From: Bacteroidales bacterium UBA3290
GTDB lineage: Bacteria > Bacteroidota > Bacteroidia > Bacteroidales > UBA932
Direction of reading: 5' to 3'
Assembly (NCBI GenBank): GCA_002361615.1
Contig: DETK01000032.1
Coordinates: 51,297-115,296 of the forward strand
Length of the DNA: 64,000 nt
Part shown: in pieces, positions 16,307-28,031 of the stretch
How the letters are laid out: the number at the start of each line of letters is the position of its first letter
Position numbering within the stretch: the first letter of the stretch is position 1
Notes under the pieces: model-generated
The model's input: only the letters and a program-made list of their open reading frames with translations
The model's database searches: none
Told to the model about the DNA's origin: nothing
Position numbers and translations under genes: made by a program

Positions 16307-16970
16307 GGCAGGTTCCGTTTTCGAGCTTCAGGACGCGGGCCGGGTAGTTGCGGACGATCGACAGGTTGTGCGTGACCATCAGGATGGCGGTGCCGCGGCG
16401 GTTGATCTCGAACAGCAGGTTCATGATGTCGCCGGCCGTGGCCTCGTCGAGGTTGCCGGTGGGTTCGTCGGCCAGGATCAGCGGCGGCTCGTTGAGCAGC
16501 GCCCGGGCGATGGCCGCCCGCTGCTGCTCGCCGCCGGAAAGCTGGTGCGGCTGCTTGTATGCTTTGTGGGAGAGCCCCACGGCCTCCAATACGCGGTCGA
16601 TGCGCTCGGCCATGGCGGCCTTGTCTTTCCATCCGGTGGCCCGCAGGGCGAAAAGCAGATTGTCCTCGACGGAACGGTCCATCAGCAGCTGGAAATCCTG
16701 GAAGACGATGCCCAGGCCGCGGCGAAGGTATGGTATTTGCTTGCTCTTGAGGCTTGTCAGGTCGAAATCGCCGACCCGCGCCTCTCCGCCCAGGGGTGGA
16801 TTCTCGCCGGTCAGCGTTCGGATGATGGACGTTTTGCCGCTTCCGACCGAGCCGGTCAGATAGACGAATTCGCCGGGAAGGATGGTCAGGTCGAGATGGT
16901 CCACGACCACGACCTCTCCGTTGGAGATGTCTGCCGACCGGAAAAAGACAATGGGTGTATCCGTGTTCAT
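16281..16970 (-). CDS. FtsE-like ABC transporter ATP-binding protein
   Basis: Walker [13 protein letters not shown] signature LSGGEQQR and Walker [13 protein letters not shown]. Starting at [10 protein letters not shown] (16970) is preferred, but an ATG at 16991 is also possible. No permease gene is adjacent. Confidence 0.8.
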   Translation of the reverse strand: MNTDTPIVFFRSADISNGEVVVVDHLDLTILPGEFVYLTGSVGSGKTSIIRTLTGENPPLGGEARVGDFDLTSLKSKQIPYLRRGLGIVFQDFQLLMDRSVEDNLLFALRATGWKDKAAMAERIDRVLEAVGLSHKAYKQPHQLSGGEQQRAAIARALLNEPPLILADEPTGNLDEATAGDIMNLLFEINRRGTAILMVTHNLSIVRNYPARVLKLENGTCHEEKPEEV

Positions 16971-17028
16971 GAGGACTGGATTGATGCACAAATTTAACTT
17001 TTTTTCATTATTTTCGCATCATAGAAAG

Positions 17029-20013
17029 ATGAAAAGCGTGAGCATATCCCTGAGACGAGGCGCAGCGGTCCTGCTGCTCCTGCTGGCGGTGCTGCCCGTG
17101 TCGGGCCAGGTCAAGGACCGGCAGCATTCAGACCGCCTGGAATCGGCCCGCAAACTATACTACAGCGGTTCCTACTATGCGGCTGAAAAGGCCTTCACCG
17201 AGTTGGGCAAGGAGTCCCTCCGGACACTGGACCGCTCCGAAATCGAGGCCTACAAGGTGATGTGCGCCATCGCCCTGGACAAGGTCAATGCCGAAGGCCT
17301 GGTCAACACCTTCTGCAACAAGTATCCCAACGCCCCGCAGCAGTCGATGGTCAAGGAGGCGCTGGCTTCCCGTTATTTCGACACCGGCCATTATCCCGAA
17401 GCTCTGGCGGTCTACAACACCATCAACCGCAACCATCTCTACAAGACCCGCCGCACCGACTTCACCTTCAAGAAGGCGTACAGCAACCTGCGTACGGGCG
17501 GCTACGAGCGGGCTGAAGAAGGCTTCGCGGAAGTCCTTGCCGGGCCGTATTCGCAATATACGGTTCCGAGCACGTACTACAAGGGATACGTCCACTACAT
17601 CCGCCAGCAGTTCGCCCAGGCGGTCCCGCTGTTCGAGAAGGTGGGCGAGGGCAACCAGTTCTCCCAGATGGCGCAGTATTTCGCCGTGGAGAGCAAGCTC
17701 ATGCTCAAGGACTACAACTATGTGATTGACCGCGGAACGCCGCTCTTCGACAAGCTCGACCGCGAGATGCAGGCCAGCATGGCCCGCATCCTCTCGGAAG
17801 CCTGGTATGAGAAGGGCAACCAGCAGAAGGCCCGCGAGTATATGGACATCTATGCCAACAGCGGCGCCCAGATGAACCGCAAGGACCATTACCTTTCGGG
17901 TATCGTGTCGTACAGCCTCAAGTCGTGGCCGGCCGCCATCGAATCATTCTCCCACGTGTTGGGCCAGGAGGACGAACTGGGCCAGAACGCCTGGTACTAC
18001 ACGGCCAACAGCTATCTGCAGACCAAGAACAAGATCGCCGCGCTCGACGCCTTCAAGGCCGCCGCATCCTGCGACTTCGACCCCGTGATCCAGGAAGATG
18101 CGTTCTTCAACTTCGCCAAACTCTCGTTCGACGTCAACGCCGACATCTCCCAGTTCGGCAAATACATGGAAACCTATCCCGAGAGCGGCAAGGACGACAT
18201 CATCCACAACTACATGGCGGCCTCGTTCCTGCTTTCGAAGGACTACCGCTCCGCCGTCGAGGCACTGAGCGCCATCAAGACCCATACGCCCGAATCGTCG
18301 GCCAATCTCCAGAAAGCCGCTTTCTTCCGGGCACTCCAGCTCATTGAAGGGAAGGGCTACCGTGCGGCTGAACCGCTGCTCGAGACGGCCGCCGAGACGG
18401 GTGACAACGAGCAGCTGGCCAATCTTGCCCGATTCTGGCTCGCTGAATGCTGTTACCGCGACGAGCGCTGGTCTGAGGCCATTGCCATCAATTCGAACCT
18501 CTTGGCGGATAATGATTTCCGTATGACCTCGGAGTACCCGCAGGCCCTCTACAACCAGGCCTACAACTACCTCAAGAGCGGCAACTACGTATATGCCGAA
18601 AACAATTTCCTCAACTTCCTCAATGTGTCGGGCGAGTATCAGGAGTATGAGCGCGACGCGCAGGTGCGCCTCGGCGATGCCTGCTTCATGCAGGGCAAGT
18701 ATGACGATGCCGCCCGCGTGTACGAGAAAGTGTATGAGGCCGATCCCGCCGCGTCTGACATCTATCCCGCCCTGCAGGCATCCATCGCCTGCGGCCTGAT
18801 GGGCGATACGGACCGCAAGATCGAGCTGCTCAAGCAGGTGACGCGCTACAACCGCACGGCGCCACTCTATCCCCAGGCTCTCTTCGAACTGGGCCGCACC
18901 TACGTGCAGACCGGCAAGGACGACAGTGCAACGGAGTGTTTCTACACCCTCGAAGGCATGAAGGGCAATGACTTCTATACGAAAGCCCTGCTGGAACTGG
19001 CGCTGATCAACGCCAACGCCCGCAAATACGACCGGGCCATCGAATACTACAAGACCGTGGTGACGACCGCGCCCGACGCTCCCGAAGCGGAAGACGCGCT
19101 CGCCGGTCTGGAAAGCCTCTACCAGCTGCGCAACAAGCCGGAGGAATTCCTCACCTACCTGGAAGAGATCGGGCGCTCCGACATCAAGAGCGACGCCGAG
19201 AAAGAGCAGATGCTCTTCAACTCCGCGCAGCAGATTTACAATTCGGGCCGCTACGCGGCGGCGATCAGCGCCCTGCAGCGCTTCCTGGCCCAGTATCCCC
19301 GCGGAGAAAAGGCTGCGACGGCCACTTTCTACCTGGCGGAGAGCCTGCGCGCCACCGGACGGCTTGAGTCGGCCGCCGACACCTACCAGAAAGTGGTCAG
19401 GATGGGCAGTTCTCCCAGCCAGGAAGATGCCCTCGCCTCATATGCCGCCATCAATTACGACCTCCAGCACTATAAGCAGGCGATGGATGCGTATGAGCAG
19501 CTGGTCGGCCTCACGCGCTCCGATGCCGTGCGGCAGGAAGCCTACACCGGCCTGATGCGTTCGGCTTTCGGTGCCAAGGATTATGAGACCGCGATCCGCA
19601 GCGCGCAGGTCGTGGGTACGCGCGAGGCCCGCTTCCTGATGGCCAAGTCGTATCGCACGCAGGGCGACCGCACCCGGGCCCGCTCCCTTTTCGAGGAGCT
19701 GGCCTCCGACCGCAGCGACGCCTTCGGCGCCGAGAGCGCCTTCACCCTGATCCAGGAAGCCTACGACCAGGGCGACTTCGCCCAGGTGGAGGAAGCGGTC
19801 TATGCCTTCTCCGATTCCGGATCCGGTCAGGTTTACTGGCTGGCCAAGAGCTTCATCGTCCTGGGCGACTCCTTCGCCGACCGGGGTGAACTGGAGCAGG
19901 CCGAGGCTACGTATAACAGCATTCTGGATGGCTACGAACCTGCCCGCGATGACGACGATGTCCTCGATCAGGTGCGCTCCCGTCTGGAACAGCTTAAAAC
20001 GACGAGAAGATGA
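17029..20013 (+). CDS. Secreted tetratricopeptide-repeat (TPR) protein
   Basis: The track ORF is trimmed to MKSVSISLRRGAAVLLLLLAVLPVSGQ (signal peptide). Repeated A/Y/L-rich TPR-like helices run along the 994-aa protein. Confidence 0.8.
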   Translation: MKSVSISLRRGAAVLLLLLAVLPVSGQVKDRQHSDRLESARKLYYSGSYYAAEKAFTELGKESLRTLDRSEIEAYKVMCAIALDKVNAEGLVNTFCNKYPNAPQQSMVKEALASRYFDTGHYPEALAVYNTINRNHLYKTRRTDFTFKKAYSNLRTGGYERAEEGFAEVLAGPYSQYTVPSTYYKGYVHYIRQQFAQAVPLFEKVGEGNQFSQMAQYFAVESKLMLKDYNYVIDRGTPLFDKLDREMQASMARILSEAWYEKGNQQKAREYMDIYANSGAQMNRKDHYLSGIVSYSLKSWPAAIESFSHVLGQEDELGQNAWYYTANSYLQTKNKIAALDAFKAAASCDFDPVIQEDAFFNFAKLSFDVNADISQFGKYMETYPESGKDDIIHNYMAASFLLSKDYRSAVEALSAIKTHTPESSANLQKAAFFRALQLIEGKGYRAAEPLLETAAETGDNEQLANLARFWLAECCYRDERWSEAIAINSNLLADNDFRMTSEYPQALYNQAYNYLKSGNYVYAENNFLNFLNVSGEYQEYERDAQVRLGDACFMQGKYDDAARVYEKVYEADPAASDIYPALQASIACGLMGDTDRKIELLKQVTRYNRTAPLYPQALFELGRTYVQTGKDDSATECFYTLEGMKGNDFYTKALLELALINANARKYDRAIEYYKTVVTTAPDAPEAEDALAGLESLYQLRNKPEEFLTYLEEIGRSDIKSDAEKEQMLFNSAQQIYNSGRYAAAISALQRFLAQYPRGEKAATATFYLAESLRATGRLESAADTYQKVVRMGSSPSQEDALASYAAINYDLQHYKQAMDAYEQLVGLTRSDAVRQEAYTGLMRSAFGAKDYETAIRSAQVVGTREARFLMAKSYRTQGDRTRARSLFEELASDRSDAFGAESAFTLIQEAYDQGDFAQVEEAVYAFSDSGSGQVYWLAKSFIVLGDSFADRGELEQAEATYNSILDGYEPARDDDDVLDQVRSRLEQLKTTRR

Positions 20014-21740
20014 AAAGAACAGCCATCATTATACTGAGTCTGCTTTGCGGGGCCCTGACGCTCCGTGCCCAGGTAGCCACGGTGGAGGTGAGCCGTCCCT
20101 ACGACGTAAACCTCGACGGCATCCGCAAGCCCGCCATCCCGACTTCGGTCGATGACTCGCTCCATCGCTTCGACGTACACTTCGACTATACGATCTTCAA
20201 CCGGCCTTACGGCGACCTGTACGACTTCACCCCGTATGAATCGATCCAGCTCTCCACGGTCGGAGCCAACCGTACGCCGTATGTCTATACGCGACTCGGC
20301 GCGCAGTATGCGCCGGGAGAAAGGGGCGTGATGCCTGCCGGCGAGATCTATCTCCAGTCGAAACCCAAGAACGGCTTCTGTTCCGGCCTCTACGGCCGTC
20401 ACAACTCCTTCTTCGGCGACCTGGGATGCGGATTCGACGTTTCCCCTGTGCTGCAGACGTCCCGGATGCAAAATACGGTGGGCGGGGACATCACCTACGA
20501 CTGGGCGACCGGCGAGATGATGGTTGACGTCAAGTACGATTTCGACCGCTATAACTATCAGGTGAAGGACGACGGGATGACCGGCTTTTTCCCCAAGGCC
20601 GGCCATAAGAACAACAGCCTGACCGCCGCGTTCAACCTGAATTCGGCTCAGAAGGAGGAAAATACGGTTTATTACGACGTGACCGTATCGTACCGCAACA
20701 CGCAGAAGGAAATGGCTTGGACCCGGCTCACTTCCGACACGACACGTCTGTCCGAAGGCTTCCTCAATGTAAGCGGTTATGTAGGCGCCTCCTTTGACAT
20801 CCATCGTATTTACGTCGATATGAACATCGAGTACGCCACCTACGGCGGCGTGCACGATTTCAAGATCGGTCTGGTGGAGTTCTCCCCGATCTATCAGCTG
20901 AACCGCAAGCGGCTCAATGCGCGGCTGGGCGTGAAGTTCGGAAGCCGCTACGGCCTGACAGGCACTATTGAAGAGCCCGGTCTCGACCTGGGCGCCCGCA
21001 GCAGTATCTTCCCCGACGTGGACCTGCGCTATACGCTGATCGACAAGACGCTCTGGGCTCACGCCGTGGTGACGGGCGGAAACGACCTGAATGCTTTCTC
21101 CCGGATGGTCGACGACTGCCCGATCGTCCTCCCGACTACCACTATGGAGTTCGGCTCCCGCCCGCTCGACGCGACCTTCTCGCTGGAAGGCGTGATCAGC
21201 GGCCGGCTCGGCATCAACCTCGAGACCAATTACAAGATCTACCGCAACAAGATGATCTTCATCCCCGTCTACGACGGCACGCCGATGACGCAGCTGACGG
21301 CATCCTATCGGGACGTCAACCAGTTCTCGGCCCAGGCTGAAGCCTTCTGGCGTTCGCAGGAACTGACGGTCGGCGGCCGCTTCCGCTACGCCCGTTACGC
21401 CGACAGTGAAACCAAGGCCATCGTGACCGAGATGCCCTGTTACACCGGCTATGCCTTCGCCCGCTACAATTTCCGGGAGCGGATCATTGCCCAGATCGAA
21501 TGCAATTACCGCAGCAAGACCAGCGGAACCATGATCCCTCACGAATCGATCGGCCCCGTCGTGCAGTCGTATGAGGTTCCGGCGATCGTGGATCTTGATC
21601 TGAATGTCAACTACCTGATCAACAAGCATTTCTCGGTTTTTGCGAAGGTCGGCAACGTGTTGGATCACCGCAATCAGTACATGCCGCTTTACCTGGAGCC
21701 GGGCCGCAACTTCGGCGGCGGCCTCTGCCTGAACTTTTAA
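20010..21740 (+). CDS. Outer-membrane beta-barrel protein (putative porin, Porin_10-like)
   Basis: Signal peptide MKRTAIIILSLLCGALTLRAQ, alternating beta-strand pattern and a C-terminal …GGGLCLNF ending in an aromatic residue. Its start overlaps the TPR gene's stop (ATGA). Confidence 0.7.
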   Translation: MKRTAIIILSLLCGALTLRAQVATVEVSRPYDVNLDGIRKPAIPTSVDDSLHRFDVHFDYTIFNRPYGDLYDFTPYESIQLSTVGANRTPYVYTRLGAQYAPGERGVMPAGEIYLQSKPKNGFCSGLYGRHNSFFGDLGCGFDVSPVLQTSRMQNTVGGDITYDWATGEMMVDVKYDFDRYNYQVKDDGMTGFFPKAGHKNNSLTAAFNLNSAQKEENTVYYDVTVSYRNTQKEMAWTRLTSDTTRLSEGFLNVSGYVGASFDIHRIYVDMNIEYATYGGVHDFKIGLVEFSPIYQLNRKRLNARLGVKFGSRYGLTGTIEEPGLDLGARSSIFPDVDLRYTLIDKTLWAHAVVTGGNDLNAFSRMVDDCPIVLPTTTMEFGSRPLDATFSLEGVISGRLGINLETNYKIYRNKMIFIPVYDGTPMTQLTASYRDVNQFSAQAEAFWRSQELTVGGRFRYARYADSETKAIVTEMPCYTGYAFARYNFRERIIAQIECNYRSKTSGTMIPHESIGPVVQSYEVPAIVDLDLNVNYLINKHFSVFAKVGNVLDHRNQYMPLYLEPGRNFGGGLCLNF

Positions 21741-21775
21741 CGGCTTTTTTGCTTGGATTTTTCGTGTTTTTTCCG

Positions 21776-21783
21776 TATCTTTG
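21776..21783 (+). promoter_or_regulatory. Bacteroidota -7 promoter box (TATCTTTG) upstream of gyrB
   Basis: Matches TAnnTTTG and lies 25 nt upstream of the ATG at 21808. Confidence 0.5.
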
Positions 21784-21795
21784 TTTGATTTATAA

Positions 21796-23772
<1,977 letters not shown>

Positions 23773-23798
23773 ATACTGAACAAACAACAAATTACGAT

Positions 23799-25058
23799 AT
23801 GGATATCTTTGAAAGAATAGCGAAAGATTCGGGCGGCCCGCTGGGTCAGTACCGCGACAAGGCCTTCGGTTACTTCATGTTCCCCAAACTCGAAGGGGAG
23901 CTGGGACCGCACATGAAATTCCAGGGTGAGGACGTCCTCTGCTGGAGCTTGAACAACTACCTCGGCCTGGCCAACCATCCGGAAATCCGCAAGATAGATG
24001 GCGAAGCCGCAGCCCGCTGGGGTCTGGCCTATCCGATGGGTTCCCGCATGCTCACCGGCCACACCGCCCTGCACGAGCGCCTGGAGCGCGAACTGGCCGA
24101 CTTCGAGAAGAAGGAAGACGCTTTCCTCTTCAACTTCGGCTACCAGGGCATCGTTTCGACCATCGACTCGCTGGTAACCCGCCACGACGTGATCGTCTAT
24201 GACAACGAGTGCCACGCCTGCCTGCTCGACGGTATCCGGCTCCACATCGGCAGCAAGTACAAATATCGCCACAACAACATCAAACACTGCGAGATGATCC
24301 TCGCGCGCGCCTGCAAGGAAGCCGAGGAGAACGGCGGCGGCGTGCTGCTGATCACCGAAGGCGTCTACGGTATGACCGGCGCGCTCGGCATCCTCGACCA
24401 GATCGCAGCCCTCAAGAAGAAATACAGCTTCCGCATCCTGATCGACGACGCCCACGGTTTCGGCGTGATGGGGCCCAATGGCCGCGGTACTTCCGAGCAT
24501 TTCGGTGTGATGGACGAGGTCGACCTCTACATCGGCGCCTATGCCAAGAGTATGGCCATCATCGGCGGCTTCGTGGCCGGTCCGCATACAATCATCAACT
24601 ACCTCCGCTACAACCTGCGCTCGCAGATCTACGCCAAGGCGCTCCCGATGGCCATCGTGGAAGGCTGCCTCAAGCGTCTGGAAATCATCCGCGGTGAGGA
24701 AGGCGACCGGCTCCGCAAGCAGCTGTGGGTCATCACCCGCGCCCTGCAGGACGGTCTGCGCAAGCGGGGATTCGACATCGGTGTGGCCGAGGCCTGCGTG
24801 ACGCCCGTCTTCATGAAGGGCAACCTGGCCCAGGCGACCAACATCCTGATCGACCTGCGCAAGAACTACCACATCTTCTGCTCGGTGATCACGTACCCCG
24901 TGGTTCCGGAAGGCATCCTGATGTACCGCATCATCCCGACCGCCGCCCACACCCTCGAAGACGTCGAGTACACCCTCAACGCTTTCGCCGAAGTGCGCGA
25001 GAAACTGGAAAAAGGTTTCTACGACTCGGACGAGATCCAGAACATGAGCATCCGCTAG
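23799..25058 (+). CDS. Alpha-oxoamine synthase family PLP enzyme (Spt / Kbl / BioF / cysteate-acyltransferase-like)
   Basis: 419 aa. …NNYLGLANHPE…, DDAHGFGVMG… and a GAYAKSMA segment carrying the presumed PLP lysine are typical of the AOS family. Substrate is not assignable by eye. Confidence 0.8.
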   Translation: MDIFERIAKDSGGPLGQYRDKAFGYFMFPKLEGELGPHMKFQGEDVLCWSLNNYLGLANHPEIRKIDGEAAARWGLAYPMGSRMLTGHTALHERLERELADFEKKEDAFLFNFGYQGIVSTIDSLVTRHDVIVYDNECHACLLDGIRLHIGSKYKYRHNNIKHCEMILARACKEAEENGGGVLLITEGVYGMTGALGILDQIAALKKKYSFRILIDDAHGFGVMGPNGRGTSEHFGVMDEVDLYIGAYAKSMAIIGGFVAGPHTIINYLRYNLRSQIYAKALPMAIVEGCLKRLEIIRGEEGDRLRKQLWVITRALQDGLRKRGFDIGVAEACVTPVFMKGNLAQATNILIDLRKNYHIFCSVITYPVVPEGILMYRIIPTAAHTLEDVEYTLNAFAEVREKLEKGFYDSDEIQNMSIR

Positions 25059-25078
25059 ACGGGTTCCGTTCAGATACT

Positions 25079-25104
25079 AAAAAAGGGGCGCGAGCCCCTT
25101 TTTT
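25079..25104. terminator. Bidirectional intrinsic terminator
   Basis: AAAAAAGGGGC-gcga-GCCCCTTTTTT lies between convergent genes. Confidence 0.85.
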
Positions 25105-25951
25105 AGTACCCCAGGTTCTCCCCGTTGAGGATGCGGCCGAAGTACCAGAGGTGGAGTTGGAGGGCGTAGTCCCAGTATTTCCAGGAGTGGGTGCCAGGGG
25201 AGTAGATTTCGAGGTAGGGGATGCCCAGTTCCTTGCAGCGTTCGCAGAAGGCGCGGTTGCTGGGATAGAGGCTGTCGTCGTAGCCGCAGCTGACCAGGAT
25301 GAGTTTGTCGGTGCCTTTGGCGTTCTCGAGCCGGTTGATGGCGGATTCCTTGTCGTGCCGCTTGTTTTCAGGCGTATAGGGGCCGATCAGTTCTGAGAGG
25401 CCGAGCCGGCCGCGTTCGGAATTCAGGTCGAGCACGCCGCTCATCGAGCCGGCGCCGCGAAAGCGGCTGATGTCGTCGAGGAAGAGGTTGATGGCGCCGT
25501 GGCCGCCCATCGACAGGCCGGTGATGAAGGTTTTCTCCGGCTTGAGGTAATACTTCTTCATCAGGGTGGGGTAGAGCTCCTGGTCGAAGAATTTCCGCCA
25601 CTGGCGCTTGTAGGGATCGTCCGCATCTACGTACCAGCTGTCATAGAAGCCGTCGGGGCAGATAATCAGGAAACCTGTCTGGTCGGCCAACTTCTGGAGT
25701 TCGCATTTGTCGCTCCAATTGCGATAGCAGCCGGCCCAGCCGTGCAGCAGGAAAAGGGCGGGTGCGGGGTCCGGCTCGCCGCAGCATTCCACGCAGTATT
25801 CCGGGGCGTAGTTGGCTTCGATCTGCTGCGGGATGAAGACCAGGATGGAGTCGTTCTCGTGCAGGTTGGGCGAGGTGATCACGACGAGGTCCTGGGCGCT
25901 TGCCGCCAGGGACAGGCCCGCGAGCAGGAGGGCGCAGACGATTTTTTTCAT
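25103..25951 (-). CDS. Secreted esterase-family alpha/beta hydrolase
   Basis: The track ORF is trimmed to MKKIVCALLLAGLSLAASAQ (signal peptide). The nucleophile elbow GLSMGGHGA is present, with similarity to the putative-esterase/esterase-D family. Confidence 0.75.
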   Translation of the reverse strand: MKKIVCALLLAGLSLAASAQDLVVITSPNLHENDSILVFIPQQIEANYAPEYCVECCGEPDPAPALFLLHGWAGCYRNWSDKCELQKLADQTGFLIICPDGFYDSWYVDADDPYKRQWRKFFDQELYPTLMKKYYLKPEKTFITGLSMGGHGAINLFLDDISRFRGAGSMSGVLDLNSERGRLGLSELIGPYTPENKRHDKESAINRLENAKGTDKLILVSCGYDDSLYPSNRAFCERCKELGIPYLEIYSPGTHSWKYWDYALQLHLWYFGRILNGENLGY

Positions 25952-26000
25952 ATTCCGGAGTTTTTTCGTAATTTTACTACTTGACTTGTTTTGCAAATTT

Positions 26001-28031
26001 ATGAAAAATTATCGGATCTATATCTGTTTTATCATCGTTGCGACCCTGATGATCGTGCTGTGGCCCAAAGAGGGGAAATTCCAGTACGAATACCAGAAAG
26101 GACGTCCCTGGGTCTATGAGACGCTGATCTCGCCGATCGATTTTCCGATTCTCAAGACCGAGGCCGAAATGTTGAAGGAGAAAGAGGACCGGGCTTCCGA
26201 AACGATCGCCTATTACAGTTATGATCCGTCGGTGGCTGCCCCCCGGCTCGAATCGTTCGGCCACAAGGCTGTTGAACTCAAACTCGACGAGGACCTTACC
26301 CGGGAACTCTATACCCACCTGAGCGAAGCCTACGAGCGGGGCATCGTCTCGGAACTCGTCGCGGACGACCTGTCCGACCAGGTCATCTCGGTCAAGCGCG
26401 ACAAGCGGATCACCGAGATGCCCGCCGCGGATGTTTTCGACATCGAACGGGTGTTCCTCGTGCTCAAGTCAGACCTGGTCTATGACTATCCCGAGATGGA
26501 CATCGATTCCGTCGCCGCGCAGCTCGACCTGCGCTCGTTCATCGTGCCGAACCTTTTCTTCGACGAGAACACCACCCGGATGGTCCACCGCGAGGCCGTC
26601 AACTACATTTCGCCGACCAAAGGCATGGTCTATGCCGGACAGCTCATCGTCTCGGAAGGCGAGATCGTGACCAGCGACATCTGCCAGATCCTCGATTCCT
26701 ACAAGGCGGAATACAAGCTGAGCTACGGCTATTCGGGGTCGCCGAACGCTCTGTTGGCCAGTCATGTACTGCTGGCTCTCTGTGTGCTGGCCCTGTTCTT
26801 TTTCTCCTTGTATTTCATCGACCGCCGGCTGTTGACCGACCTTCCCAAGCTGATCTTCCTGCTGCTGATGCTGCTGATCGCTTTCCTGGGCGTAGTCATC
26901 CTGTTCCGGGTGGACCAGCGGCTGCTCTATCTCTTCCCGTTCGCCGTGACGGTGCTTTTCATGAGTGCCTTTTTCCGCGACGAGGTGGCCTTCGCCGTTT
27001 TTGCGGTGACCATCATCCCGCTGCTCCTGATTCCCGAGAACGGCGTCGAGCTGTTCCTGATCAACCTGATCGCCGGAGCCGTGGTGCTGTTTGCCTACAG
27101 CCGCCTCAGCCGGGGCTGGCTGCAGTTCCTCAACGCGATTTTTATCTTCCTGGCCATGGCACTGGTGAACCTGGCCTTCAAACTGGGCGCGGGTGACCTG
27201 TCGTATGCCATCAAGTCGGCCAACTTCCTGTTCCTGGGCGTCAATGCCATCCTGGTGATTATGCTCTATCCCTTTGTCTTCCTGTTCGAGAAGATTTTCG
27301 GGTTCGTGTCCTACTCACGTTTGTGGGATCTGTCGGATACCAACAACAAGCTCCTGCAGCAGCTGCAGTACAAGGCGCCGGGTACGTTCCAGCACTCGCT
27401 GCAGGTGGCCAACCTGGCCGAGAATGCGGTGCGTGAAATCGGCGGCAATGCGATGCTGGTTCGCGTAGGCGCCCTCTACCACGATATCGGCAAGATGGAG
27501 AATCCGATGTGTTTCATCGAGAACCAGGCCGAAGGCGTCAACTACCACGCCGGCCTCACGCCCGAGGAAAGCGCCCGGGCCATTATCCGGCACGTAGATG
27601 ACGGTATGGCGCTGGCCCGCAAGGGCAGGCTTCCCGCCGTGGTGTCCGATTTCATCGCCTGCCACCACGGGAAATCGCTTACGCTCTATTTCTACAATGT
27701 CTATTGCAATGCGGGCGGCGACCCTGCCAACAAGGAGCCCTTTACCTATAATGGCCAGTTGCCGCGCACCAAGGAGCAGGTGGTCGTGATGATGGCGGAT
27801 GCCGTGGAGGCTGCCTCCCGCACGCTGAAAGATTACTCCGAGGAAAGCATCTCCGCGCTCGTGGAGCAGATCATGACCAACCGTTTCGACGACTCACAAC
27901 TCGCGGAAGCCGACATCTCGATCCGCGACATCAATAGCGTCAAGGAGTCGTTCAAGCGTTACCTGCAGCAGATTTACCACGCCCGGATCGCTTACCCGAA
28001 GCGCCAGCAAACGACAGGACAAGGAGCATAA
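26001..28031 (+). CDS. 7TM-receptor HD/HDIG phosphohydrolase (PgpH-like)
   Basis: The track ORF is trimmed to MKNYRIYICF…. It has an extracellular N-domain, a seven-TM block, and an HD domain (HSLQVANLAE…GALYHDIGK…HHG). Confidence 0.85.
   Translation: MKNYRIYICFIIVATLMIVLWPKEGKFQYEYQKGRPWVYETLISPIDFPILKTEAEMLKEKEDRASETIAYYSYDPSVAAPRLESFGHKAVELKLDEDLTRELYTHLSEAYERGIVSELVADDLSDQVISVKRDKRITEMPAADVFDIERVFLVLKSDLVYDYPEMDIDSVAAQLDLRSFIVPNLFFDENTTRMVHREAVNYISPTKGMVYAGQLIVSEGEIVTSDICQILDSYKAEYKLSYGYSGSPNALLASHVLLALCVLALFFFSLYFIDRRLLTDLPKLIFLLLMLLIAFLGVVILFRVDQRLLYLFPFAVTVLFMSAFFRDEVAFAVFAVTIIPLLLIPENGVELFLINLIAGAVVLFAYSRLSRGWLQFLNAIFIFLAMALVNLAFKLGAGDLSYAIKSANFLFLGVNAILVIMLYPFVFLFEKIFGFVSYSRLWDLSDTNNKLLQQLQYKAPGTFQHSLQVANLAENAVREIGGNAMLVRVGALYHDIGKMENPMCFIENQAEGVNYHAGLTPEESARAIIRHVDDGMALARKGRLPAVVSDFIACHHGKSLTLYFYNVYCNAGGDPANKEPFTYNGQLPRTKEQVVVMMADAVEAASRTLKDYSEESISALVEQIMTNRFDDSQLAEADISIRDINSVKESFKRYLQQIYHARIAYPKRQQTTGQGA

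Noticed and set aside
16215-16997. Alternative ORFs overlapping the ftsE-like gene (16215-16997 on the plus strand, and 16303-16989 on the minus strand in another frame).
   Set aside because: Only the 16281-16970 frame contains the Walker A, signature and Walker B motifs. The others are compositionally biased (Arg/Pro/Gly).
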